DNA of 63,870 nucleotides, the filler included, from Chrysochromulina tobinii (lineage: Eukaryota): assembly GCA_001275005.1 (NCBI GenBank). It is 8 parts of 8 records of this genome, joined end to end, with 100 filler letters (N's around TTAATTAATTAA, not from the genome) between each part and the next. Parts side by side here need not be neighbours in the genome. Positions count along the whole stretch, not along the records: positions 35,878 to 56,403 come from JWZX01000933.1; positions 56,504 to 62,344 come from JWZX01000944.1; 6 more parts are not named here. One strand, 5' to 3'. Shown piece by piece: positions 46,481 through 57,216 of the stretch. Within the stretch, counting starts at the first letter, position 1, and every line of letters starts with the position of its first letter. The notes beneath the pieces were generated by a model. The model did no database searches and was not told the DNA's origin. It saw only the letters and a list, made by a program, of their open reading frames with translations. Both the position numbers and the translations under genes were made by a program.

Positions 46481-47263
46481 CTAGTCATCAGTCATGCTGT
46501 CGTTGAAGACACTGGGCCGTGCACCTTCTGCCCCATTTATTGGGCCCCCTTCGTCCCCTGAAGATGCCACAAAGCGATGGTGCAGCACCTCGGCTACCAC
46601 AGCAGAGCCGAGACCCTGATCATCGTCGCCCTCTAGCCTCCAAAATGGTGTCGCGTCAGCTAGGACGCCACCGGGCATCGGAAGTTTGCACGCGTGCGCG
46701 ATGGCGAGCAGCGCCACGCGGCTGACGACGGCATCCTCGAGAATGCGGCTGCGCGCGCCCTTGGCGAGCGTAAGCGCGAGCTCGTGGGTGCCCGTCGCCG
46801 TACGCACAGCGATGAAGGCCCGGTGTCGGCCGCGCTTCATCGGTTCACTGCGCAGCGCGGCCGTGCAACCCATTCCAACAATCGGCAGCCCTTGGGCTCC
46901 GCCTTCGCTCGCCGTCAGCTTGAGAGCCCTCTCAAAGGCGGCTGCCGCAAGATCGGACGCGACCTGAGGCGAGCAAAATTTGGCTGGCTCGTGGCCGAGC
47001 AGCTCGGCGAGGCTGTGCCGCGAGTACGGGACCTGTACATCGAGCACCGAGCGCGAAGCCCCTGCAGTTGCGAGTAGCCATGGCACGAGCTGCGTGCCGC
47101 CGCCGGTGACGAACGCGACAAGCTGCGGCGGCTGTGGCGCCTCGTACAGCGTGCGCACGAAAGCGAGCGCGTCTGAGCTAGCCGGCAGGCCGGTTGTCAC
47201 GCTCGCGCCGGCGGTGCTCGCCGCGCGCAGCAGCTGAAGCAAAGAAGCCCGACGAAGCACCAT
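46481..47263 (-). CDS. CinA-like domain protein (stand-alone)
   Basis: VTGGG..WLL..GASRSVL..VPYS, A..LA..A and G.GCTAAL..KRG.HRAFIAV. Confidence 0.75.
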   Translation of the reverse strand: MVLRRASLLQLLRAASTAGASVTTGLPASSDALAFVRTLYEAPQPPQLVAFVTGGGTQLVPWLLATAGASRSVLDVQVPYSRHSLAELLGHEPAKFCSPQVASDLAAAAFERALKLTASEGGAQGLPIVGMGCTAALRSEPMKRGRHRAFIAVRTATGTHELALTLAKGARSRILEDAVVSRVALLAIAHACKLPMPGGVLADATPFWRLEGDDDQGLGSAVVAEVLHHRFVASSGDEGGPINGAEGARPSVFNDSMTDD

Positions 47264-47419
47264 CGCAGTTTGTATCGTTTCCCAGGATTCCTCAGGTGTG
47301 AAGTTCAAAGGAATGGGGCCCTAATCCCCAGAGTGCCCCAAAGGGTCCTGGCTGCACCGCTCAGGCTCAGGGCTCAGGCTCACTCACCTCTGACTCCTGT
47401 ACATGTACGTGTACAGACT

Positions 47420-47494
47420 AGTCAAGTCAAGTCTCTATACATACACAACAGACAACCATACGGAAGCCTGACATGACTTGACTTGACTTGACTT
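47420..47494 (-). repeat. Copy 4 of the short dispersed element, bounded by inverted (CAAGT)n/(ACTTG)n
   Basis: agtcaagtcaagtc..acaacagacaaccatacggaagcctgacat-gacttgacttgacttgactt. Confidence 0.8.
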
Positions 47495-48003
47495 AGGACA
47501 GAGTACGGACTACGGCACGCTTGACGCTCTGACTCCGTGCGGGTGGCGGGCTGGCGGGCTCTGGCGGCTGGGTGCCTGCGGCGTGAGGCTTTAAGTGAGG
47601 CTGCGGCCTGCGGCGGGTCCGCAGACGCACCGCACGGTCCGCTGTCGGGTCCCTGGGTCGACTCGCACCGCCGCGGTTCGGAAATCGACAAGAGACATCT
47701 TTCTATTAACTATTAACTATTATATGATCCACGATCAATACGTTCTTATCAATACGTCTTATAACGACATCTAAGTAACGGTCGCACCCGCTCTCGCGGT
47801 TGACACCCTCTTCCGGCAGTGTCTATATAAACCGGAATACAGCCGTCGTGTCAATCCTCCACTGTCCGGCACCTCGATCGCGACGCCAAGTCGCCAAAAC
47901 ACGCAAAACACAGCGCACGCCGCGCAGACGCTGCGGCTCTCACAAATTCAACCTTTTCATTGTGGACTCGCCCGGCGGCGCGCTGCCAGTCGGGCCACGC
48001 CCC

Positions 48004-49716
48004 TCAGCCCTCACGTGGCACATGCACTTGAAACGGTGGCGCCGCCTGCGCGTTCGCTTTGGGCGGCTGCGGCACCATCGACCTCATCCCTGGACCCCTG
48101 ATGCATGCCGTCGAACCGTCCCGTACGCTCGCACCACTGCCTACGAAAAGCCCGACGCCATCGCGCACAGGAGCGCTGCCGTGTCGGTCTCCTCGCCCCC
48201 CCCCTTGGCCGGCCTTGGCTCGAACGCGAGACGCGGCATGTTGAGCGCCTGCTCGTGCTGCGTCCCCTCTCCATCCTCTGAACGGCCCGAGTCGCCGCTG
48301 CACCCTGCGGCGGTGGCCTCCTCGCGCGCGGTGAGCGGCATCGGCCGGCCGCGCGAGCGAGCGTACTGCGTACGCCGATAGTTCTGCGACGCGAGGACGG
48401 CACGGGGTCAGCAAGGGGTCGATCGGGGCGCAATGTCGATCGGTGGCTCCAAGGGAGGCGAGGCAGGCACAGGGCAGCGGCGAGGGTGCGGCACCTTCTC
48501 CTCAATAGGAAGCATGTGGAAGGAGTTGCGCACGACAAGCGGCGTGGCCATGTGCTGCCACGTCACGTACGACTGCGTCGCCGTGTTCCACACGGAGAAG
48601 AGCAGTCGGTATCGATTGTTGCCAATCTCAGCGTCTACACCGCGCCGCTTTGCGAGCGACGGTGGCTTGGTGAGCACGGTGATCTCAGTGAACGCGAGCC
48701 GCTGCTCGCCCTCGAGGGGCTTGATAGAGCGTGTATGGCCTCGCAGCCCGTCCGGGATCAGCGAGCCCGTCGCCGCGTGCAAAAGGCAGCCGTGGACCTC
48801 GTACTCGTTGCCTGCGAGCGCAACGGCAGGGTGGGGATGGGCGTGTGAACGTCGTTCACGCGGTCCGTGGGGACGACTTGGAGGTGGCCGGCGCGGCCGG
48901 TGGCCACGCAAAACGTGTGCGCCCGCGAGCGGAGGTGCCGGGCGAGCGGCGGCGCCGGGCTGGGCGTGGCGGGAGGCGGGGGCGGCGACGTTTGCTCAGA
49001 GGGGGAAAACGGGCGTTCGTGGGGGGGGTGTGCGTACCGGTGTTGGAGTTGCCGCCGACAGTCGAGACGACGGGCGAAGGCTGCAGCGACTTTTTCCAGA
49101 CCTGCTCTGTGTGAGAGTCACGCACGAGCCAGAGTACCATCATGACCGAGGTGAGCTCCTGGATCATGCCGCCCTCAAAGGCGAGGTCGGTGCGCCCAAA
49201 GCATGCAGTTCCCACGCAGGTGTGGCTGTCCTCCTCGTACACGGCGTGCGTCTGGCCGGCAATGGCGACGGCGCACTCCTTGTCCTTGAGGCCCTCGAGG
49301 GTGAATGTCCCCGTGCACAGGTGCCCAAGCAGCAGCGATCGCACCAGCCGCACATCGGTACGCACTTCCTCAGGCACTTGCGCGAACGCATCGTCGGTAG
49401 GTGCGAGGATCGTCACCCCGGCCGCCGAGTATCGAAGCAGCTCCTCGCGCAGGCCCGCAAACGCGAGCGCATCGCAAAAGGCGACGAGGCCCAGGCTGCG
49501 CATGCGCTCCTCAGCCGCGTATTGGGCTGGGGCCGCGGCATGAGCACCGTCTGTGAACTGTGAAATGTTCGGGTCGACCGGCGTGGACGGGCACTCGTCC
49601 TTGGCGGTAGCCACCTTGGCCGAGGTGAGTGACTCCACTTGTGACAACATGGGCAGCGTCGCTTGGCGCTTGGCCGAAGGCTCGTCCTCCGCATCGGGGT
49701 TGTGAAGTGCGGTCAT
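48004..49716 (-). CDS. Fasciclin (FAS1) domain protein with an additional C-terminal domain, three exons likely
   Basis: FAS1 H1 motif VTILAPTDDAF, LL.H and GMIQELTSVM. Probable introns at about 48813-49036 and 48385-48494. Confidence 0.7.
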
Positions 49717-49966
49717 GGGCTGCTTTTGTAGTGAAGAGGAGCTGGACCCGTTGAGGAGAGAAGGGGCTCCCCCAAAACCGTTCCCCCTTTTTTCTCATTG
49801 TGAAATTGGCGTGCCACTTACCAAATTGAGGAGCGGTGGTCGTCGCATTTTGGGCGGACCATTTCAGGGAGTTCTAGTGCGCCGCAATGTCTAAATTGCA
49901 AGTCAGTCTAGTTCCTACATTTCTACACAATCGCGCACTTCACTCTAAGAGACAGTGCACGAGTCT

Positions 49967-51337
49967 CTACACCGTAGTGCTATAGGTCGTGCCCGTCGCG
50001 TCAAGATTGGGCGGCGCAGCCGGCGCGGCTGATGGCGCCCCCCCGCTGATGCCCTCCGCCCACGACAGTGCCGAGTGCGACGTCGTCGACCGTTGTATAC
50101 GGTACGTTGGCTGCTCGGGTGCCGCGCCGTAGAGCAACTTCGTCGACTCCGACGGAAGCCGCTCCACGCCCGAGCCTCCGCCAAGGCCGCCGCCAAGGCC
50201 GCCGCCGGTGCCGCCGCCGCCACCACCGCCGTGTTCGGCCACGGCTGCGGCGAAGCGCTGCCAGAAGCTCCATCCGCCGACGAGTCGGCGGGCCTTGCGC
50301 AGGCAGCCCATCAGCGCCGGACAGCACCGCTCGGCGTCCGCGCCAGTGCCGTCGAGGCGCGCCTCGATGCAGGCCATGTCGATTCCGCTGTTCGACATAT
50401 CGAGGCACACGCGCTCGCCGTCACCGAAGATGCGAGTCGGCCACGCAGCGAGCAGCAAGAGCCCGACCATGATGGGCAGCACGCCCGTCGCGTAGAAGAT
50501 GAACAATCGGTTGGCGCTCATGCCCGTATACTCGGAGAGCACTAGGGCCGACGAGAGGGCCGAGGTGAGCAGCGAGAACGCCTCGTAGGTGGTTACCAGC
50601 TGGAGCGCCGAGCCCGTGCGGAGCGCGTACGCGAGCAGCGCGAGCGAGACGAGGTGGATGGACACTGTCACGAGCAGCAGCCCTGCTGTGGACATGAGGA
50701 CGCTGAGCGCGCAGCCCGTGGCGCGCGTGGTGCACTCGAGCAGCTCCATGGCGACCTTCGTGACCCACATGTTGCCCGAGCAGCTGCCTCCGAGCGCGGC
50801 CATCAGAACCGGCCGGAGTGACACGTCCAGCACCTGGCTGCCGCGCCGCGTGAGCAGCGCCCACGCCGAGAAGGAGAGCCAACCTCCGAGCCCCGCGTAG
50901 TACACGATTGCCGACGGCTGCAGCAGCAGGTTCCAGTAGTCGGCCGCGCTGTAGTTGTACTGCAGGTGGTTGCCAAAGGCCACAGACGCCGCCGAGCCCA
51001 TCACGATTACGAGCACTCCACACGCGCGGCTCACAGTGAGCGTCTCATGCAGCAGGATCGTGGCACCGAGCACGTTGAACGAGATGATGTAGCCTGACGA
51101 TGCAGATAAGATCTGCTGTGAGGTGAAGATGTACGCGGTCGTGTCGAGAACCGGGTAGAACACCATCGAGAGCAGGCTGCCCATGGCGTACCACTTGACC
51201 GGATCACGGCTCATGGCGGCATACCGCCACATCAGCTTGCCCGATGCGGACAGGCCCGCGCCAAAGCCCTCGAGCAGCACGCCCACCCACCACGAATTGT
51301 CGATGGTAGGGGTGAGGGTGAGGGCTCGCAGCGCCAT
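49967..51337 (-). CDS. NIPA-like (DMT superfamily) Mg2+ transporter
   Basis: Multiple TM helices with GVLL..GAGLSASG, W..G.LL..LD..AY.F.SQ.IL and LLHETLT...G. Confidence 0.75.
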   Translation of the reverse strand: MALRALTLTPTIDNSWWVGVLLEGFGAGLSASGKLMWRYAAMSRDPVKWYAMGSLLSMVFYPVLDTTAYIFTSQQILSASSGYIISFNVLGATILLHETLTVSRACGVLVIVMGSAASVAFGNHLQYNYSAADYWNLLLQPSAIVYYAGLGGWLSFSAWALLTRRGSQVLDVSLRPVLMAALGGSCSGNMWVTKVAMELLECTTRATGCALSVLMSTAGLLLVTVSIHLVSLALLAYALRTGSALQLVTTYEAFSLLTSALSSALVLSEYTGMSANRLFIFYATGVLPIMVGLLLLAAWPTRIFGDGERVCLDMSNSGIDMACIEARLDGTGADAERCCPALMGCLRKARRLVGGWSFWQRFAAAVAEHGGGGGGGTGGGLGGGLGGGSGVERLPSESTKLLYGAAPEQPTYRIQRSTTSHSALSWAEGISGGAPSAAPAAPPNLDATGTTYSTTV

Positions 51338-51494
51338 GCGGCGGGGCCGCCAAGAGGGATTTCCTTTTTTGTCATAGTTCTTTCCAAGGGTACCAACCTG
51401 CACTGACACCTGGCAGATGTCGCGTGAGACGCGTGAAATTTGATGTTGACGTTTGAAGTGATTGCATTCGAAAACGCATTCTGCGATCGAGAAA

Positions 51495-53568
51495 TGCGAG
51501 CGACGTCGGCCGAGAAGCAGGAGGAGGCGCCCACGGCAAAGAAGGCCAAAGACGAGGAGCCACGTGCGAGCGCGAGACGGAGAGGTGGCCACGTTGTCGC
51601 GCGATGCAGCCCGACTCATGGGCACCTTGAGGGATCTGATGGACCTCGCCACCTCCGAGGATGGCATCTATCCCATGCCCACGATCATGGCCTCGACGCT
51701 TCAGATGGTGTGCAAGCTGAATGCCCCAGACTACACGTGGCCGAGCTCTGACGAGCCTTTGCTCTACCAGCTCATCCAGCTCATCGAGGACACCCTCTTT
51801 CTCGACGCCCCCATCGCGCTCAAGCACATCCAGCGCGTGATCGCCTCCCGACTCAACAGCAAGCGCGCTCCCGAACTAGGCGCGCTGCTCAGCGCGGGTG
51901 GTGACTTTGGCAGCGCGGAGGAGCACGCGTCGCATCACGCTGCGCCCGTCGACGGGCAGCGTGCTGACGAGCTTCGTAAGCGTTACAGTCGGATGCGCGT
52001 TCAGGAGCTGCGCTGGAAGCTGCGCAAGCTTGGCCTCACGACCGACGGCACCAAGCCCGTGCTCATCGGGCGCCTCATCGAGATGGCGAATGCAGCGGCG
52101 TCAATCGCCGAGCCGGCTTTTGTACCGGAAGACGTTCTGGAGGCGCCGCAGCAGCCGGCCAGCTCCACGTTACCGCCCGAGCCGCTGCAGCAGCCCTCGT
52201 TCTCGGCGGACGCCATGGAGGCTGCTCTGGGCCTGGTGGACGTGGCCACGTTGGTGGAGCTCAAGGGCGTGAGTCGATCTTGGCGGGCGCTGGCGCAAGG
52301 TGTCCTCTGCTCGCGCCTGTGCCGCCGCGACGGGCAGCCAGTACCCACACGTCTGGATGAGATCACCGACCTTGACGTGGAGCAGCTCATCGAGGCCGGC
52401 CGCCCCGGGGACGCGTCCGTAGCGGGGCGGATGCTGCCTGGGCTTGCGCGCCTCCATGGCTACGGTCATGTGGTGGACGTGGCCGCCGTTCGGGCCGCGG
52501 ATCTGCAATGCGGGATGGGCGACTGGCGCCGCCCTTCCTTGCTACATGGTGCTGCTAAGGATGCTCTCAACAGCTGCATCTCAGGCGAGGGAGAGCCACC
52601 GTTGAGGCTGACGATCGCAGCCGTTGCCTGTGCGGGCTCAGGAGTCATTTGCGGCATTCCTGTGCAGCAACTGCGCGAGGACAGCGTCACGGAGCTCAAC
52701 TTGTCCGATAGGGGGCTCCATGTGCCTGCGGCCATGCTTGTCGCCTATCTCATTCCTGCTACGTCGGTGCTCAAGAGCTGCAACTTGCTCAAGAACAGGT
52801 TCGACGTTGAGTTGGCCAAGAATCTCGCCAAGATGGGTGCGGAGATGGGCATCATGCTCTCGGGCATGACGCGCAACCAGACGGCGGCCGACTTCTGGGG
52901 CCAGAGCCTACAACCCGCCGACGCCATCCTGATCGCGTCTGACCTGCAGTTCATGGCGGTGGTGACCACCCTGCACCTGGGCGTGAACCAGATCCGTGCA
53001 GAGGGAGCCATCGCGATTGCGGAGGCGCTGAAGGTCAACGCAGTCTTGACCCGCTTGGACTTGGCCTCCGACAACATCGGGGTCGAGGGTGCCAAGGCGA
53101 TCGCGGAGGCGCTGAAGGTCAACGCCGTTGTGACCACCCTCGAACTCGAGAACAACAAGATCGGGGATGAGGGTGCCATCGCAATCGCGGAGGCGCTGAA
53201 GGTCAACGCGGCCGTGACCGAGCTATTGCTCGACGTCAACGAGATCGGTGACGAGGGAGCCATCGCGATCGCGGAGGCGCTGAAGGTCAACGCGGTGGTG
53301 ACCACCCTCTCCCTCAGCGGCAACAAGATCGGCGATGAGGGTGCCGATTGCGATCGCGGAGGCGCTGAAGGTCAACGCGGTCCTTACCGTTCTCTGGCTT
53401 TCGGGCAACGAGATCGGGGACGAGGGCGCTAAGGCAATCGCGGAGGCGCTGAAGGTCAACGCGGTCCTGACCAAATTGGACATCCGGTACAACAGCATGG
53501 GAGATGCAGGTGGAAAAGCGGTGCGAGATGCGGTGAAGGGCCGGAGTGGATTTGTGTTGGAGCTGTAG
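51495..53568 (+). CDS. Skp1-like + SAP + F-box-like + NLRC3-type LRR protein with two apparent frameshifts
   Basis: Skp1-like RARDGE..LSRDAARLMGTLRDLM..PMPTI.ASTL. SAP motif MRVQELRWKLRKLGLTTDGTKPVLIGRL. F-box-like VATLVELKGVSRSWRALA. 28-aa repeats IGDEGA.AIAEALKVNAV. Frame changes at about 51560 and 53346. Confidence 0.75.
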
Positions 53569-53840
53569 GAAATGATTGTGCGAGCATTGTGAACATGTGT
53601 GGATCGCTGCTGTGGGTGCTGTGTAGTTATCTCCTAATTTGGCAGTAGGCGTTTTCAGATAATATGGTGCGGCTGAATTTTTTGCAACGCTTAAGCAGGC
53701 AGTCTAACGCGTTTTGGGTGGTCGGGGTAGGGTCGGTGAATCCATGCGTCCAAATTAGCGCACGCTCTCACATACCCGACCCACCTCAATGTACCTCAAT
53801 GACCCACGACCCGAGCGACCTGTGACTGCTACAAACGCGC

Positions 53841-54749
53841 TCACGGGCAGCTCCTCGAGAAGACGGACGCTCGCAGCACCTGCTCCTTTGTCGGTTGCAC
53901 CCCTGTGTACAGCTCGAACTGCTTCGCTGCCTGCAGCGCAATCACCTCGGCTCCCGTCACCAGCGCCTTGCCGAACGCGCGCGCCCGGCGGACCAGAGGT
54001 GTCTCCGACGGGAAGGCGACCACGTCGAAGATGACACGCGCACGCTCGATCGCATCATCCCGGAAGGCGATCTCGCTCTCCTCGGGCGAGCCGGCCATTC
54101 CGATTGGAGTCACATTAACCAGGATCTCAGCAGCGATGCCATCCACCGACGCCGTCCAGACATAGCCGAGCTCGGCCGCCAGCGCCGGGCCGCTGGTCGT
54201 GTTGCGAGCAATGACAGTGCCCTTCATGAATCCGGCGTCTCGAAAGGCCGCCCCCACCGCCTTGGCCATTCCGCCGCTACCTCGAATCGCCACCGATTCA
54301 GACGAGCGCAGACCGTGGCTCGCGATCAAGGCGACTATGGCGCCGTAGTCCGTGTTGTACGCCCTGAGGGTGCCGCCCGTATTGACTATCGTGTTCACCG
54401 ATTGGATGGCCAACGCCGATGCGTCCATCTCGTCGACCAACGCAATGACCGCCTCTTTGAAGGGCATTGATACCGAGCAACCTCGCAAGCCAAGTGCTCG
54501 TACTCCTCCGATGGCTGCTTTGATGTCCGAGGTCGTGCACGCCTTGTAAATGAAGTCAATGCCGAGCTCTTCGTACAGATAATTGTGGAAGCGCGTGCCG
54601 ATGTTGCTGGGACGCTTGGCGAGCGAGATGCAAATCTGCGTGTCTTTGTTGAGCAGCGGCCGTTTCGGCCGCTTGCGTCGGCTCATGTATGCGATGCCCA
54701 GCCCGACGCCAAGCATGGCCAGAAGAGTGATCCTTGGAGGAACGGCCAT
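53841..54749 (-). CDS. Shikimate dehydrogenase-like protein (SdhL/HI0607 subclass) with an N-terminal hydrophobic anchor
   Basis: NKDTQICISLAKRPSNIGTRFHNYLY, SVSMPFKE, SVNTIVN, YNTDY, GSGGMAKAV, NVTPIGM and ALQA..QF..YTG. Confidence 0.92.
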   Translation of the reverse strand: MAVPPRITLLAMLGVGLGIAYMSRRKRPKRPLLNKDTQICISLAKRPSNIGTRFHNYLYEELGIDFIYKACTTSDIKAAIGGVRALGLRGCSVSMPFKEAVIALVDEMDASALAIQSVNTIVNTGGTLRAYNTDYGAIVALIASHGLRSSESVAIRGSGGMAKAVGAAFRDAGFMKGTVIARNTTSGPALAAELGYVWTASVDGIAAEILVNVTPIGMAGSPEESEIAFRDDAIERARVIFDVVAFPSETPLVRRARAFGKALVTGAEVIALQAAKQFELYTGVQPTKEQVLRASVFSRSCP

Positions 54750-54919
54750 CTTCGCGCCGTGAGGGGTTTCCGCGGGCTGTGAAGGATTCCTATTGCGTTT
54801 ATCAGCTTTTAATCGACGTGATGTTTTGCTCATGAATTCATATCTCCTGGCAGATCTCGCTCCTCCGTGGCCCCGGGGGTGGATGGTGAGGCCCAACATA
54901 GCACTGCGGTGGGCGTGCT

Positions 54920-56281
54920 ATGTTGGGGTGGATTGGCACCCTGCTCATCACCTCGGCACGCTGCTATAACATTGGTACGCTTGCCTCGCCGTTTCACAGC
55001 ACGCAGCCAACACGGCTGCGTCCGCCTCAGCTCTTTGGAGAAGGGCGGCCGCAGCTAGTGCAGGAAGAAATTCAGGCGCTTGCTGGCTTGTGGAAAGTGG
55101 ACCTTGGTTTTGAGAAACGATACGCAGCAGCAATATCACTGTACCTCGAGGCTAGTGGCCGCGTCATCCCCATGGACGAAAAGCTCCCCTACAACCTTGG
55201 CGAAGATTGCCGCGCATGGGCCTGGTGGAGCGCCGACAGAGCAGTCGTTGCAGGTGCCGTCGGCGATGACGAGCTGTCCTTCACGCTGCAGCTAGGCAAT
55301 TTGAGGCTCGAAGGTCAAGGCAAAAGAAAGGACTTTCGGTGCAACAAGTTTGTTGGCAAGGCAATCTACGAGGGCGCCAACGATGATCCGGTCGGTAGCT
55401 TTACCATGCGGCTCGCCTTGCCGGCGAAGACGAACGTGGCCGCTCTTAAGGAGAAGTACCAGAAGCGCATCGCTGAGCGTCCCCCGCCCAGGCCCGAATT
55501 CGCCTTCTCCGACTTTGTCGGCCGATGGATCATGGGGCTCTCTGAAGACACGACTCCGAGGAATGCCGTCTTCTTTCCAGCGGTGCTGGCTGCCAACGGC
55601 ACCTGGTCGAGTGAGAAGGCCTTGCCCCAGCTGAGCGGCACCTGGGGCATGTGCTCAGGCGATGACTCGCACGGCGCCGGCCCAGACGCGCATCCGACCG
55701 GTTCGAATGTGTGGCTCATTATTCAGAGTACGATCGGGATGCCGAACGTCCACCTGCAAGGCCGCCCCGGGCAGCTGGCGGCGCTCACGTCGCCCCTGCT
55801 CGAGGGTTACAACTCGGGTTCGGGTCGCCTCGCGCCCAACAGGACGAAACCCTCTGTCGCCGACCAGGTCGACGGGAAGATGTGGGAGCCCTCCCACAAA
55901 GGCAAAGCAGGGCGAGAATACTTTGGCGAATTTCGGCTGCTGCGAGAGAGTGCCCTCGTCGAGATCATCGAAGCGGCCAAGAAGGAGGCCCGCGCACAGC
56001 TGCAGAAGGCGATGAAGGAGCGAGCCGAGCGAGCCGCGGCGATGAGGGAGCAAGCGGTGGCGGAAGCGGCCGCGGGCATGCACGGTGTGGATGAGTCCAT
56101 GCGACGCGAGGCACAGCAGCGCGCGGAGGCGGAGGCTCGCGGCAGACGTGCAGCTGCAGACACGGAGGCTACGAGAGACGCGTCTCCCACGAGGGATGCG
56201 TCGCCCACGAGGGACGCTTCTCCACCTGCCACTCCACCTGATATTCCGCCTGATGATCAGCTTGAAGGCCCTTTCAGCTAA
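54920..56281 (+). CDS. Hypothetical protein with a signal-like N-terminus and two similar beta-rich units
   Basis: 453-aa intronless ORF. LAGLWKVDL and FVGRWIMGL repeats. Helical C-terminal tail. Confidence 0.55.
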   Translation: MLGWIGTLLITSARCYNIGTLASPFHSTQPTRLRPPQLFGEGRPQLVQEEIQALAGLWKVDLGFEKRYAAAISLYLEASGRVIPMDEKLPYNLGEDCRAWAWWSADRAVVAGAVGDDELSFTLQLGNLRLEGQGKRKDFRCNKFVGKAIYEGANDDPVGSFTMRLALPAKTNVAALKEKYQKRIAERPPPRPEFAFSDFVGRWIMGLSEDTTPRNAVFFPAVLAANGTWSSEKALPQLSGTWGMCSGDDSHGAGPDAHPTGSNVWLIIQSTIGMPNVHLQGRPGQLAALTSPLLEGYNSGSGRLAPNRTKPSVADQVDGKMWEPSHKGKAGREYFGEFRLLRESALVEIIEAAKKEARAQLQKAMKERAERAAAMREQAVAEAAAGMHGVDESMRREAQQRAEAEARGRRAAADTEATRDASPTRDASPTRDASPPATPPDIPPDDQLEGPFS

Positions 56282-56503
56282 CTGTGAATTTAACTTGACT
56301 CTGCTGTTACATGTAGAGACATCCCGAGTGAGAGGGTCCCGCCCTGGACCCTCTAGACCCCTTTTCTGGACCCTCTGGACCCCTGGACCCCTGGACCCTC
56401 TGGNNNNNNNNNNNNNNNNNNNNNNNNNNNNNNNNNNNNNNNNNNNNTTAATTAATTAANNNNNNNNNNNNNNNNNNNNNNNNNNNNNNNNNNNNNNNNN
56501 NNN

Positions 56504-57216
56504 CTCGCCACCTCCGCCCTCGCCGCCTCCATCGCCGCCGCCCCCCTCGCCACCCCCCTCGCCCGCCCGCCCGCCCAAGCCCGCCGCCGCCCTCGCCACC
56601 GCCCTCGCCACCGCCCTCGCCACCACCGCCCTCGCCGCCGCCCTCCCCACCGCCCCCTCCCTCCCCTCCTTTCATGTCTCCGCCCCCTCCGCTTCCGATT
56701 ACTTTCTCTTCGGCGCTCGGTGGCGGAGGCGAAGGGCTTTCGACGGGCGGCGCGATCGCGATAGGAGTCGTCCTGGGCTCAATCGTACTCCTGGCATCGT
56801 GCATATACCTCTATGCCAAGCGCGGCGGGACTGTGGATGTTCCCAAACCTTTGCCAGCAAAGAAAACTGAGAAGGAGACTCTCTCCGCTGACAAGGAAAG
56901 CAAGGATGTGGTCAGCACGGTCATCTCATCTTCGGCTGTCGATATCGAGATGGCGGACGGACGGACGGCTACCAATCTCGACGGCAAGCCAAAGGACGAC
57001 GTGCCTGGTTTTATCCCGTCTTCGTCGTCGACCTCCGAAGAAGGCGCACCCGCGGATAACCTCACCGAACACAAGCCTCCTACCGGACTGCCCCTCCCCG
57101 CCGCCCAATCTGCGGCCGACGTCTCCTCCGATATCTCGAACAGATTGGCCTCCTTCTTCTCGCCATTCTCACCGAAGTCGCCGGCCACGGGGCGAGGCGA
57201 GGACCTCGTCGCCTGA
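56504..57216 (+). CDS. C-terminal part of a proline-rich single-pass membrane protein
   Basis: (PPPSPP)n followed by TM GAIAIGVVLGSIVLLASCIYLY and KR. Confidence 0.7.

Noticed and set aside
53340..53350. Programmed frameshifting in the LRR gene or elsewhere
   Set aside because: No slippery site or stimulatory structure. Scattered single-base indels in several genes suggest sequencing error or pseudogenisation.
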